Below are positions 40,701 to 49,846 of a stretch of 64,000 bases of DNA, one piece after another. Position numbers and translations under genes: made by a program. Each line of letters begins with the position of its first letter. Within the stretch, counting starts at the first letter, position 1. Source of the DNA: a virus (lineage: Duplodnaviria > Caudoviricetes); IMG/VR virus record IMGVR_UViG_3300042010_000129, positions 64,001 through 128,000 of that record. One strand, given 5' to 3'. A model generated the notes under the pieces. It ran no database searches. It saw only the letters and a program-made list of their open reading frames with translations, and had not been told where the DNA came from.

Positions 40701-41911
40701 GTTGGATTAAAACGCACAACTATTTCAGTCTGGCAAATATCGTGTCTGTTTGGACGCAGGCCCGGACAATGCTCGGCGCCACACTCGAATCGTTCTATGT
40801 TTCCGGACGTTCCGCGTTGGCAAATTTGACCAGCACGTTTACAAAAGCATTGGCCTCTATGTTCCGTGGCCCGGATGCAATTGCTGATCAGAAAAACCAT
40901 TCCACATTTGAAGGCCCCGACGCAGACTTCACGCAAGCGTTGACCACTGAGTTCCGTGGCCCGGACGCAATCATTACTAAAGCGCAGGAAACAAACACTG
41001 CGTCGAATAATGCAGCGAACGATAATCCTCCGAATGTTCATTTGGAAGATGTGTTTGGTTTTGAGCAATCTTACCTCGGTCTGAAACCTGAAGACTTGTT
41101 CGATTTTGAACAGTATCAGCAGCACATTGACCAATACGAAAACACAAATTTCGAAGGCAATACCGCGAAAGGTTTCGGCCTCACGCTCGCCCTCGAATAC
41201 AAAATGATTGGCCCCGTGGGATCGGCATTGGTTCACAAAGATTACGAATATAACGCGGTTGGTAAATCGTATTCTTCTGAACAAATTTTCACTGCTATTC
41301 CAAACAGCGGCGTCGGCATTCCGTTCTTCATGAGTTTCATTGGAACGATTGCATATTCTGTTTTGGTTGCAACTGATTATACCAAATCGGCACCAGCAGG
41401 AACCGGCACGTGGTTGTTGCCTACGGGCGATGCTTACGTGGGTCGCAATGGCTTCGGTTCGTTTGCATTTACTGGAACGGAAAAAGCAAATGCGCATCCG
41501 GAATTGGCGGATCGTGAAGTTTATGTGCATCACGCGCACGAACAGGGCTATTTCACAACCAGTCCAATTATGCACAAAGTTGGGTTCGGAACGTTTGAGA
41601 AATTCGGCATTATTACGAAGGTTTATTCCAGCGTATTCGGATTGGGCAGCGTTCATGTGAAACAGAACTCGGCAATGGCTCCATTGAGTGCGTACCGACC
41701 AGCCGAGGCAGTGAGTGGGCGCAGTAATCAGGCCAGTTTGTATATGGGCTTCGATTCGTTGCAGGATGTTCAGGATTACACCGAACAGTATTCCGGCGTA
41801 ACGACGTTGCAAATGTATAACGGCTACGTTTACAACCTTGAGGTAGATAAATCGTTTGTTTGCGAAATCTATTTCAACGGGCCTATTTCCGGTCTTATTC
41901 AAGGAGGTTAA
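37718..41911 (+). CDS. Large multidomain tail fibre: discoidin/F5-8-like N-domain, two Gly-rich domains, ~20 aa repeats (1397 aa)
   Basis: ASSQW..AINDGN..TGW..ELNFY discoidin pattern; GSGTFTP..VGLQGAGAGG and GGNGGDGVIVIYEY Gly-rich fibre motifs; SD GGAG before the ATG at 37718. Confidence 0.75.
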   Translation: MALIKLNGTALASSQWNDFGTIAAINDGNNATGWSGGGVSSTADWAAILFAGAEKAKQVDAYFYSWGNTIVIGYANAAPTSKASFTVVRTIDIRTQPNDDLGVPWARLTKNTIILPGDVAGTYWGIYTNDVGPGILGFNGGGLDRARIMELNFYKDDVIVPAVPSGPNPKPPSGSPAIPFATTPGGWTRTEIAVNGSGTFTPGVDTTLIAVGLQGAGAGGRVNVSTTGLTTPNDSTLNGGDTFISNASGQIAVAPGGIGNATPFLPKFPGSLGTLCDWIRATDGSGRAGGTTAIGSNTSVAGGASFMGGTAGTVITGGLATQNTNGPVTATTTFTGTAALPFTPTYVNANRNSSLGLVTTNGLAPSAGNPTTGSIEYSFKAYAGQAITVNAVAVTPAGTCTLTYYLNGVAKGTLVASTGTAFPVVFTPEVDGTQTIKFELIITATTGSPPICRLTNMTMTGVGQAGAQSGASGRAATFFFLPDGPFDYTVGKGGIGQPGGQAITASHHGTRGSGGGGGGGNGGDGVIVIYEYKSPLPLEKAPTPLFPTYNQSLTNEVLAAYRTNYTGTASVTAGLGWGSQTAFTHKLRPRTKFVLAVMTGPGGQWRGTNVALEPDQSLPTVLTSGSIVNTAESGWTGKTYGGSTGNGGIGGNMLPADNVLFGAKGTTGQGSGASDTNQSVIAGSFGSGGQSSYLNIAGGGCGGYGLVAISSAQFNESRTLDLLIGNTGTSAGAGAIFIYESETDYGPFITQLAEEILFQSGIAATATTQTAEQVLIKQTDAGSNISQTSENILYKESDSANNLQVSHAHIAFVVDADDPATTVSQNSENILYRSGPASTNISVSAEQVFMKVGTLPFRISNTVELVFAAELPSVFWLNFGTIQYPMIRQSYDSQIGRATSVQPGAYIQLESPHMEGTTLVVNGVEVGLSSPVANNDQVFIRGGITNFFQTEMNVYTYYTKNGTIARELVGQWKFTREPLTPTVSRKYSVPYTNTSWIKTHNYFSLANIVSVWTQARTMLGATLESFYVSGRSALANLTSTFTKALASMFRGPDAIADQKNHSTFEGPDADFTQALTTEFRGPDAIITKAQETNTASNNAANDNPPNVHLEDVFGFEQSYLGLKPEDLFDFEQYQQHIDQYENTNFEGNTAKGFGLTLALEYKMIGPVGSALVHKDYEYNAVGKSYSSEQIFTAIPNSGVGIPFFMSFIGTIAYSVLVATDYTKSAPAGTGTWLLPTGDAYVGRNGFGSFAFTGTEKANAHPELADREVYVHHAHEQGYFTTSPIMHKVGFGTFEKFGIITKVYSSVFGLGSVHVKQNSAMAPLSAYRPAEAVSGRSNQASLYMGFDSLQDVQDYTEQYSGVTTLQMYNGYVYNLEVDKSFVCEIYFNGPISGLIQGG
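39960..40325 (+). repeat. Seven ~19-20 aa repeats, consensus [TS]-Q-x-[AS]-E-[QN]-[VI]-L-x-[KR]
   Basis: ITQLAEEILFQ, TTQTAEQVLIK, ISQTSENILYK, VSHAHIAFVV, VSQNSENILYR, ISVSAEQVFMK, ISNTVELVFA. Confidence 0.7.
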
Positions 41912-41937
41912 TTTAATAGAAACGTTGGAGAACTCAC

Positions 41938-42360
41938 ATGGCGCTGACACCAGTAAAAAAGCTAAGTGAAGTCGGCAACCGGGTACGCAAGTATTTCGAA
42001 TTGAAAACCTTGCTACTCGCCCCCAACGCTTCTGAATCCTTTGTGATTGATAGCGGTTCGTCCGCTATCGTCCAAAGACTAGAAGTTAGTGGGCCGTGCG
42101 TGGTTGAAGTTTTCGGGACAGAAACACACAATCCGATCATTGATAAAACCCCGTATAAGTTTGTCGCCGTCGCTGGCCATCTTGTGGATGATGGCTCAAC
42201 AACCCTTCGGGATGGAACCGTAATTAAATCGCGACAATATTCGATTTTTGTGAATTTGGAAAACCCGATCCGTCCGCAGGTGTACGGTCAAATCACGAAC
42301 TCGCAGCCAGTCGCAGCCAGCATCACAATTAAACTTATGTACCTGACCGTCGAGGATTAA
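41938..42360 (+). CDS. Small virion structural protein (140 aa)
   Basis: SD GGAG; beta-rich; lies in the structural operon. Confidence 0.7.
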   Translation: MALTPVKKLSEVGNRVRKYFELKTLLLAPNASESFVIDSGSSAIVQRLEVSGPCVVEVFGTETHNPIIDKTPYKFVAVAGHLVDDGSTTLRDGTVIKSRQYSIFVNLENPIRPQVYGQITNSQPVAASITIKLMYLTVED

Positions 42361-42362
42361 AA

Positions 42363-43553
42363 ATGGGTATCGCAATTCTGAAAGAAGGTTTTGTCACAGC
42401 GGGCAAAGTTACGCTCGATGTGATCGACACCATGTTGGCAAACGGTTTCACCGCCGTTTTCCCTGTTGATGGTTCCGGTGTTTATCAAAAACCGGTTGGC
42501 GCGGCGCTTGAAGAATTCGTGGTAACTCTCGAAGCTGGCCCCGACGTTGATCCACTCAACAAAGTAGGCGTGACGCCAAAACAACCTTGGCGCATTAACT
42601 TCAGCGTAACCGATAACGCAACGTTGGGCGTTTTTGTCGGTAGTTCCAACGCGCTTCCGGCTGACGGTTCGATTCCGTATACCTCGGATACCGTGACCAC
42701 TACCACCGTAACCGGCGCCACTAAAAACACCCGTCTGGTGGGCGCGAAAGGTATTGTCGGTGCTGATTACACGCCGCCACGCAAAGCGAAATCTGCGTCT
42801 TCGCAAGTCGATAAAGATTTCTTCACCGATCAGAGCGAATTCGCTCCGCACTGGAACAACCCAACCGAAGGTTTTATCAACCGTCGGAATAAAGTTTGGC
42901 TGGATATCATTTCCACCACTCCACCGGGTATCGGCGGCAACGTTGCTGCTGAAGTTCTTCCGGTTTATCCAACCGAACCAGAAAAAGATATCTCCAACAC
43001 CTACCCGCTTTCGTACTACCTCGCAATTACTGATCGCGGTGTTTTCCTGTCGATCTGGCAGGGTTCCGTTACCGACATGCAGGGCCAAGATTTTTCGTGG
43101 CTGCTGGTTCAGCGTCCGGTTAAACGTGATACCGGTCTGGTTGTCACCGAAGGCAAGGCCCCGGTTTTCTGCGTGAACAGCGTAGGCAACCAAATCAACC
43201 GTTTCGTGGTTCGTGAATCTGACGTAACCGACGCCAGCGCAATTATCAGCGCCGTGGTCGATACCAAAGACGGCACCGCCATTATCAACGACAAAAAACA
43301 GGTTGGTGTTTCCGAAAATAACCAGTACATCGTTAACTATCCGTCGCGCCTGAATACTCCGCGCTACGCATACACCTACGAACTGGACATGATCGGTTTC
43401 GCATCGGCCACCGTTATTTCCGGCACCACGGAAGTTCCGCAAACCCTGTACGGTGAAGCGCAGCCGCGTACCTACCTCGGCATGCATTCCAACCTTCCGG
43501 CAAACAACGGCATGCGCATTGTCGCCCTGAAACTCGGCGCTGGCATTGCGTAA
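42363..43553 (+). CDS. Abundant virion structural protein, paralogue 1 (396 aa)
   Basis: Highly biased codons (ACC, GGT/GGC, ATC, TTC); shares GKAPVFCV, INRFxVRE, SRLNTxRYAYTxELDM and NxGMRIV with the next gene. Confidence 0.8.
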   Translation: MGIAILKEGFVTAGKVTLDVIDTMLANGFTAVFPVDGSGVYQKPVGAALEEFVVTLEAGPDVDPLNKVGVTPKQPWRINFSVTDNATLGVFVGSSNALPADGSIPYTSDTVTTTTVTGATKNTRLVGAKGIVGADYTPPRKAKSASSQVDKDFFTDQSEFAPHWNNPTEGFINRRNKVWLDIISTTPPGIGGNVAAEVLPVYPTEPEKDISNTYPLSYYLAITDRGVFLSIWQGSVTDMQGQDFSWLLVQRPVKRDTGLVVTEGKAPVFCVNSVGNQINRFVVRESDVTDASAIISAVVDTKDGTAIINDKKQVGVSENNQYIVNYPSRLNTPRYAYTYELDMIGFASATVISGTTEVPQTLYGEAQPRTYLGMHSNLPANNGMRIVALKLGAGIA

Positions 43554-43566
43554 GGAGAAATAAATA

Positions 43567-44619
43567 ATGGCAGTTTCTGGATTTTATGTTCGCCGCAGCG
43601 GTTATACGCATGTGGGCGAATTGATGCTCGCAGTAATCAACGACCTTTCCACTAACGGTTTCACCGTGCGCTTTCCTGCTGCGTGGGTTCCACCGGTTGA
43701 CCCTGCTGGCCGCGCCGCTTTTAAAGTGACGCTCGAAGCAAGCGAAACCGTTGACCCACTCAACGCCACCGCTCTGCAAAATAAACAACCGTGGCGCATT
43801 CAGGTTCAAGTTTTCGACAAACACACCGCAGGTTTCACCGTTGGTTCGCAGCAGTCTTTGCGCACCGATGGTTCGGCCAGCTACGGCACCCAAGGCACCA
43901 CCACGAAAACCCTGAAAGGCCCGCTCGGTGCTGTCGGCGGTTACTACACCAAAAACCCGGCTGATCTGGCGACGTTTGCACCAGACCCAACCAAACCGGC
44001 AGAAGGTTTTATCAACCGCACTTCCCGCGTTGTTTTGAACGCGTTGGATTTGTCCGATAGTTTCCCGATGACTTATTCGCTTTCGATCACTCCACGCGGC
44101 GTGTCGTTGTGCATTTGGGAAGACTACGTTTCTGACAGCGGCGCAACCGCCGTTTCGTGGGTTGTAATTCAGCGCCCGGTAAATCGTGAAAACGGCGAAA
44201 TCGTTATCACGGGTAAAGCGCCGGTCTTCTGCGTATACAGCACGAACGGAACCATTAACCGTTTCATCGTGCGAGAACAGGACGTGCTGCGCCCTTCGGA
44301 TTCCGTGGACGCAACCAAAGACACGGATTACAACAACGCATTTCTCAATTCTCTGGAACAAGTAGCAATTTCCGAGGGTAATAAATACGTCGTTTCGTTC
44401 ATGTCGCGTCTCAACACCACCCGTTACGCGTACACCCACGAACTGGATATGGTCGGTTATACCTCGGCTGACGTGGTTTCGGAAAACACCGAAATTCCTC
44501 TGACTGTTTACGGCGAAGCAACGCCGCGTAAATACGTTTCGCTTCTGGCGAACGGTGCGAATAACACCGGCATGCGTATTGTGACACTCAAGGAAGGCGG
44601 CGGTATTTCGCTGACTTAA
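43567..44619 (+). CDS. Abundant virion structural protein, paralogue 2 (350 aa)
   Basis: End-to-end similarity to 42363-43553; SD AAGGAG. Confidence 0.8.
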   Translation: MAVSGFYVRRSGYTHVGELMLAVINDLSTNGFTVRFPAAWVPPVDPAGRAAFKVTLEASETVDPLNATALQNKQPWRIQVQVFDKHTAGFTVGSQQSLRTDGSASYGTQGTTTKTLKGPLGAVGGYYTKNPADLATFAPDPTKPAEGFINRTSRVVLNALDLSDSFPMTYSLSITPRGVSLCIWEDYVSDSGATAVSWVVIQRPVNRENGEIVITGKAPVFCVYSTNGTINRFIVREQDVLRPSDSVDATKDTDYNNAFLNSLEQVAISEGNKYVVSFMSRLNTTRYAYTHELDMVGYTSADVVSENTEIPLTVYGEATPRKYVSLLANGANNTGMRIVTLKEGGGISLT

Positions 44620-44640
44620 TACAGGGAATATGTTTCCCTC

Positions 44641-44670
44641 GAAAGGGGGCCTTGTGCCCCCTTTTCTTTT
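44641..44670 (+). terminator. Intrinsic terminator after the paralogue pair
   Basis: GAAAGGGGGC-CTTGT-GCCCCCTTTTCTTTT. Confidence 0.8.
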
Positions 44671-44683
44671 TGGAGAATTTCCT

Positions 44684-45748
44684 ATGTCGCTTTTGCAACA
44701 CGATGGATTTGATAACTACGGCACGACCACACTGAATGGCGTGGGCACCGTGGCAAATATTCAATGGTTGAGTCGCGGTTATGTGCAGCCTACCGCTGCA
44801 TGTTCCTGCTCGACCGCCTACGGTAAAAACAGCGGTTCGCTTGGTATTGGTTTGAGTGGTTCGACCACCGATCAGACTTGGATTAAACGTCCAATTAAAC
44901 CGGAATCTTTTTTCTCGACCGGTGCCGCATACACTCCGACCATTCGCGTCGTAAAAGGTTTTGCCGCACGTTTCGTTATTCAGCCAACGGGCAACCTGCA
45001 ATTTGCACGAATCGCAGGCGTGAACGTTTCGGTTGGTTCCGATTGGTACATTTACGTCGATGGCGTGAACACCAATTACCAAATCGAACTGAACATCTGG
45101 AACTTCGTTGAATTGGTTGTAGATATCGAAAACAACAAATTCGAGTTGTGGATGAGCGAAGTGAAGATCGTCGAAAAAGCGATCACCGGATACACCCTCG
45201 ATTTTTGGGAGATTCGTTCGCAATTCACTAGCGGCGGTAACACCAGCATTTATCTGCACGTTGACGACCATTATTTGCTGGACGGCACTGGCCCGTACAA
45301 CAATGCGCGGATCGGTAAATGCACGACTTTGACCCGTTATCCGACCGCAGATTTTTCTGTACAGATGACGCCACTGTCGGGCACCACGAACTTCCCGCAG
45401 GTTAACCAAGCGACACCGGATAACGATTCCACTTACGTCAGTTCTGCTGTTGCTGGCGCGACGGATTTGTACACCAACGTTTCCGCAATTCCAACAATCG
45501 ACGACGCTGCAATTCGTGCGGTTTCGATTGCCCCGTCTGCGCGTATGCTGGAACCGGATTCGCTGTCGGTTACTGCCGTTATTAACGTGGCCGGAACTGA
45601 GGCTGTTGGCTATCGGATGAAATTGAAAGCTGCGACGTACACCAGTGCTGCGCATATTTTCGAAACCAGTCCTGCAACCTCTTTGCCTTGGACTCCGACG
45701 GAAGCACAGAACGTTCGTTTCGGTCAGCGCATTTTGCCGAAGCCCTGA
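44684..45748 (+). CDS. Virion/fibre protein with a concanavalin-like beta-sandwich (354 aa)
   Basis: Start at MSLLQHDGFD after GGAG; IWNFVELVVDIENNKFELW is LamG-like. Confidence 0.7.
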   Translation: MSLLQHDGFDNYGTTTLNGVGTVANIQWLSRGYVQPTAACSCSTAYGKNSGSLGIGLSGSTTDQTWIKRPIKPESFFSTGAAYTPTIRVVKGFAARFVIQPTGNLQFARIAGVNVSVGSDWYIYVDGVNTNYQIELNIWNFVELVVDIENNKFELWMSEVKIVEKAITGYTLDFWEIRSQFTSGGNTSIYLHVDDHYLLDGTGPYNNARIGKCTTLTRYPTADFSVQMTPLSGTTNFPQVNQATPDNDSTYVSSAVAGATDLYTNVSAIPTIDDAAIRAVSIAPSARMLEPDSLSVTAVINVAGTEAVGYRMKLKAATYTSAAHIFETSPATSLPWTPTEAQNVRFGQRILPKP

Positions 45749-45765
45749 TTAATTAGGGGAAACAT

Positions 45766-47658
45766 ATGGCACTTATTTATGCTGACGATTATCAGCAGTG
45801 GGCAACAGCGGCCAGTACCAACATAAAGGCCGCTGGTTTATATCCGCAATACTTGGGCCAAAACGTTCCGGGCTACCTGAGTGAAATGCAGGGCCTCGGT
45901 ATTTATGTGCCGTCTTATGCGCAAGGGTACGGCGGCGCTAACTCGATTCTGTATTCGCTTTATTTCGATACGCAGCGCGGCGCATTGTGTGCCGTGCAGC
46001 CGCGTTCCCCAGCCGATGGACAATCTGCATCGGCCTCGGGATTGCGTCGAAAATTCGATTACGAAGGTGACACGCTTTATTTCGGAACTACGATTGAATT
46101 CGGCGGCGTCACCAGCCAATTCAATGGCGACTTTCTGATCTTCGGAAGCAGCCCTGATAGCGTGGTGTTCACAGGTTCCGATCAGGTCGGTGCGTATCTT
46201 TACGGTGTGGGAATTGACGCGGATGGTTTTTTCACATTCAACGGCGTTTCCACAACCGTGCCTGCGTATTACAAACCTGCGACCGTGCTGTGCTATATCG
46301 ACTTGGTGTTCACGCCGACGACTATGGAACTCTGGATTAATGACGTGCTGGCCGCGACACAAGCGCGCACCAACATAAAATTGAAAGAGTTCGGATTAAC
46401 TGCCGGGAAATTGGTAAAGACTTCTGGTGTGAATTTCTGTTTGTGGATTCACAGCGTAATTATTGCCGACAACACGCCGGGATTCGGCCAGCGTATCGGG
46501 CGCAAGCGAGCGAAGACTGAACAGATTCAAACCACGCCGACAATTGAATCCTCGTTGATTCCTGCGTCCGGTTATATTCCGCTGTCGATCATCCGCCAGT
46601 TTGCATCGGGGCCAACAAACGAATCCGACGTGAACATGATTGGTAGTTTGGTTTCGCCTTTGCCCTACGTGCGAAATGATTTTGGTGGCACACGGACAGC
46701 CGCAAAGAAACCGTATGCGTCTGCAATGAATATTCAGGTAAAACGTTTATTTCCGGCAGCTGACGGAATGTCGGTTCACCCGTATGTGACAATTGCTGGA
46801 ACCAAAGTTTACGGGGATAAGGTGTTGCCGTCTTCGACGTGGAAAATGTTTCACGTGCCGCTTCCAATTGCAGCTGATCAAAACTTCAACGCCTTCAATT
46901 TCGGTTACGAACACGACTACAAAGAACTAAATAAAGTTTACGCAGTTGATCGACAAAATACCGAAGTGTACGGCCCGGAAAATACCTCCAATTCGCAATG
47001 GTGGAACGCGAACGATCTTATCGCGTTTGACTCTAGCCGACTTGGTGGCACCGGGAACTTCTCGGACTTTACCGGGAAAACAATTGTGGCTGCGTCGGGC
47101 ACGTTGCCGACTGCAAACAATTATCCGTTCAAGGCTAACGAGGCGTTCCAGTATGGGCAGGGCATCGACCTCAACGTTAACGGCGCGCTATTCACGCCGC
47201 TGACAGGCACCACGCTGGCGCAACCACACACCATTGATTTCTGGTTTAAAGAATCGGTGGATAACGCAATTTCCGCACTGCTTGGCATTTACACCAACAC
47301 CACAAACACCGCGTCGTTTATGGAACTGCACACGCACGATACGCAGACGACGAAAATGGCGTTGTGGAACAACAATGCGACTGCGCGGTTTATTTCTGCG
47401 TGGGACACTTTCAAATCCAGCACCACATGGCGGCATTACGCGGTCACGTATGACGGCACAACCGTTTCGATTTATATTGACGGCGTGTTGCTCGGGACAA
47501 TTACGTGGACGATTCTGGCGTTTGCTCCGACCTTTGGTTTGGCGCACCGTGCTTACTGGAGACAGGACACGGCTTCGCGTCTGATCATTGAGCGTTATCG
47601 CGTTCGTTCTGGTGTGGCGTTCGCAGGCAACTTCAATCCGGAAACAATCTACACTTGA
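45766..47658 (+). CDS. Fibre protein with a C-terminal LamG/ConA-like domain (630 aa)
   Basis: HTIDFWFK...WRHYAVTYDGTTVSIYIDGVL is a classic LamG pattern; the N-half resembles the preceding gene. Confidence 0.75.
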   Translation: MALIYADDYQQWATAASTNIKAAGLYPQYLGQNVPGYLSEMQGLGIYVPSYAQGYGGANSILYSLYFDTQRGALCAVQPRSPADGQSASASGLRRKFDYEGDTLYFGTTIEFGGVTSQFNGDFLIFGSSPDSVVFTGSDQVGAYLYGVGIDADGFFTFNGVSTTVPAYYKPATVLCYIDLVFTPTTMELWINDVLAATQARTNIKLKEFGLTAGKLVKTSGVNFCLWIHSVIIADNTPGFGQRIGRKRAKTEQIQTTPTIESSLIPASGYIPLSIIRQFASGPTNESDVNMIGSLVSPLPYVRNDFGGTRTAAKKPYASAMNIQVKRLFPAADGMSVHPYVTIAGTKVYGDKVLPSSTWKMFHVPLPIAADQNFNAFNFGYEHDYKELNKVYAVDRQNTEVYGPENTSNSQWWNANDLIAFDSSRLGGTGNFSDFTGKTIVAASGTLPTANNYPFKANEAFQYGQGIDLNVNGALFTPLTGTTLAQPHTIDFWFKESVDNAISALLGIYTNTTNTASFMELHTHDTQTTKMALWNNNATARFISAWDTFKSSTTWRHYAVTYDGTTVSIYIDGVLLGTITWTILAFAPTFGLAHRAYWRQDTASRLIIERYRVRSGVAFAGNFNPETIYT

Positions 47659-47664
47659 TGCACC

Positions 47665-47693
47665 AAAATGCCCTGAGAAATCGGGGCATTTTT
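47665..47693 (+). terminator. Intrinsic terminator with a GAAA tetraloop
   Basis: AAAATGCCCTGA-GAAA-TCGGGGCATTTTT. Confidence 0.75.
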
Positions 47694-47706
47694 CTAAGGA
47701 GTGGCT

Positions 47707-49815
47707 ATGAAGTTACTGAATACCATCGTGTTGCCAAATCAATTGGCGGCACAGGGAATTAACCACGTTGCCATTTACCAAAATGGTGCAGTTTCTACCT
47801 ACCTGAAAGACAAAGTAAATTCTAAACTCACGGCTACCGGGCCGACGACCGCTGTGCCAAATGCGCGGGCCGTCCGAATCAGTCCGAGCGGTGAATATAT
47901 CGGTGTGCAAAGCGACACCAAAACCGTGCGCATTCGCAACGGTGTGCAGGAATCTTTCGACAATAACGTGGGCGCTTTCGGCATTGCTGACACGGGCCAC
48001 ATTGTGATGATCGCGCTGGCGTCCGGCGCCGTGCAGGTTATTGATTCGTCGGTAACAAACCTGACTGTAGCCGTAACCGACGACGACCGCGTGGTGTGTG
48101 CGAAAGGCCGCTACATGGTTTACAACCGCGCACGAACCATCACCGCTCAATATTCTGATTTGGTGTTGACGCCTGTAGCCTCCGCAAAAGAAATCGTTTA
48201 CGTGACGCATGATCACAACGGAAAATTCGTTGTGTTTTATTCGGACAATACTTTCAGCTACGACGGCGCAGCGGCTAAAACGTTCAACGCCCCGGCCCAA
48301 GGTTTCCGTGACGTGGGCGACCAGATTCTTTGTACCGATATGAAAAATGATTGGGCGCTAAGTCATTCCAAACCGCTGGCATTTCCTGAACGGGTTCGCC
48401 CGTTTAAATGGACGGCACCCGCAGACCAGAATACCGATTTCGCCAACCTGCTTTTGATGGCGCCGGGTTCCGGTTTTGCTTCAGCCAATTTCGATTTGAA
48501 GAATGGTTTGGCCGTTACAGCTGCTGCCGTAACTTCGGTTACGGATTCACCCTACGGCGCTACCGGGAAGAGTTTAAATTTCAACGGCACCACGTCTGCG
48601 CTGGTTACAAACGACAGTGCGAATATTCAATTGGCAGGTAACGATTTCACAATCGAATTGTTCGTGAAAATCTCTTCGATTGCTGCTGTTGGTGCATCTG
48701 CTATTTTCAACAAAGGTGCAACCGCAAACGTTGATGCATCGGCCTACGCCTTGCTTGCAAACGCTTCGAAAACTTTCACATTTTCCGCATCGTTTAACGG
48801 TTCTGCATATCAGGTCGGCACCACGAATTGGGGATCGTTTGAATTTGACGTGTGGACGCACATTGCAATCACACGGAAAGGAAACGTGTGGCGTTGTTTC
48901 CAGAATGGAAAATTGCAGGCGAAATTTACTGTCGCTGGTTCTCTGTTTGCACACGCCGGGCGTGGTATTCAGCTTGGGCATTTGCGCTCAACAAACTTCG
49001 CAACCGGCCCGCTGGCCTACCAACTGGGCGGCAACATTAACGGATTCCAGATTCTGAATTATGCGAAATATACGCATGATTTTTATCCGGAAACTCTTTC
49101 TACCACACCGGCCCTGCCATCGAATGGTGTACCGGGCGCAGGTTCCCCGATTGTTGGTGATGCAGCATTGGGTTATTACGGCACCGTGACCAGCACCGCG
49201 CTTATTTCTGGCGATGCACTGGCGTCCGCTGTTGGCCTTACTGCTGGCGTTTCGGTCAACACTGATACCGCGTGGTTGAAATTCGCATCGAACGGGAAAA
49301 CTTTGTTCGTTCCGAAATTGCCAATCCGTTCGTTTATCAGCTGGCCCCAACTTTATGCAGCCGGTTTGGTTTACGGTTTGGATTCTGGTATCGGGCTGTC
49401 GCCGTTGCCAACCGGTGCAACTGTGCAGCAAACCAAACGCGTAACAATTAACGGAAACGTTTACAAAGTTCGTTTGCTTACGGGCGGCAATTCCGATCCG
49501 TACCCAAGCGGCGAATTCAACGTTAGCAACCCGCTGAATGCGCTCGAATCCGAATACACGAAATTGGTTCAGCGTTGCTGGGCACAAGATCCAAACGGTG
49601 CGCCATGGGATAACTTCACCATTGAAGAACTGGGTTCCAATAACGGAACGCATTTAACGTGGTGCCAAGAATCGCACCCATACAGCGGCCCGGCCCGTGT
49701 GCATCGGGGCATTTCTGGCCCGGCTGGTTTCGGTGCAACAGACGGCAATTATACAGACGTTAGTGGCTATACATTCATGTGGCGTCCGGTATTGGAATTG
49801 ATTGGGCCAGCCTAA
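47707..49815 (+). CDS. Fibre protein: beta-repeat N-domain, LamG domain and C-terminal WRPVLEL-type virion module (702 aa)
   Basis: NDFTIELFVK..WTHIAITRKGNVWRCFQNGKL (LamG); AWLKF..GKTLFVPK..ISW..VYG..YKVRLL.GG..WRPVLEL module; SD AAGGAG. Confidence 0.75.
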   Translation: MKLLNTIVLPNQLAAQGINHVAIYQNGAVSTYLKDKVNSKLTATGPTTAVPNARAVRISPSGEYIGVQSDTKTVRIRNGVQESFDNNVGAFGIADTGHIVMIALASGAVQVIDSSVTNLTVAVTDDDRVVCAKGRYMVYNRARTITAQYSDLVLTPVASAKEIVYVTHDHNGKFVVFYSDNTFSYDGAAAKTFNAPAQGFRDVGDQILCTDMKNDWALSHSKPLAFPERVRPFKWTAPADQNTDFANLLLMAPGSGFASANFDLKNGLAVTAAAVTSVTDSPYGATGKSLNFNGTTSALVTNDSANIQLAGNDFTIELFVKISSIAAVGASAIFNKGATANVDASAYALLANASKTFTFSASFNGSAYQVGTTNWGSFEFDVWTHIAITRKGNVWRCFQNGKLQAKFTVAGSLFAHAGRGIQLGHLRSTNFATGPLAYQLGGNINGFQILNYAKYTHDFYPETLSTTPALPSNGVPGAGSPIVGDAALGYYGTVTSTALISGDALASAVGLTAGVSVNTDTAWLKFASNGKTLFVPKLPIRSFISWPQLYAAGLVYGLDSGIGLSPLPTGATVQQTKRVTINGNVYKVRLLTGGNSDPYPSGEFNVSNPLNALESEYTKLVQRCWAQDPNGAPWDNFTIEELGSNNGTHLTWCQESHPYSGPARVHRGISGPAGFGATDGNYTDVSGYTFMWRPVLELIGPA

Positions 49816-49846
49816 TCATTAAATGGATTTAATTCGAGGGGTTCCA

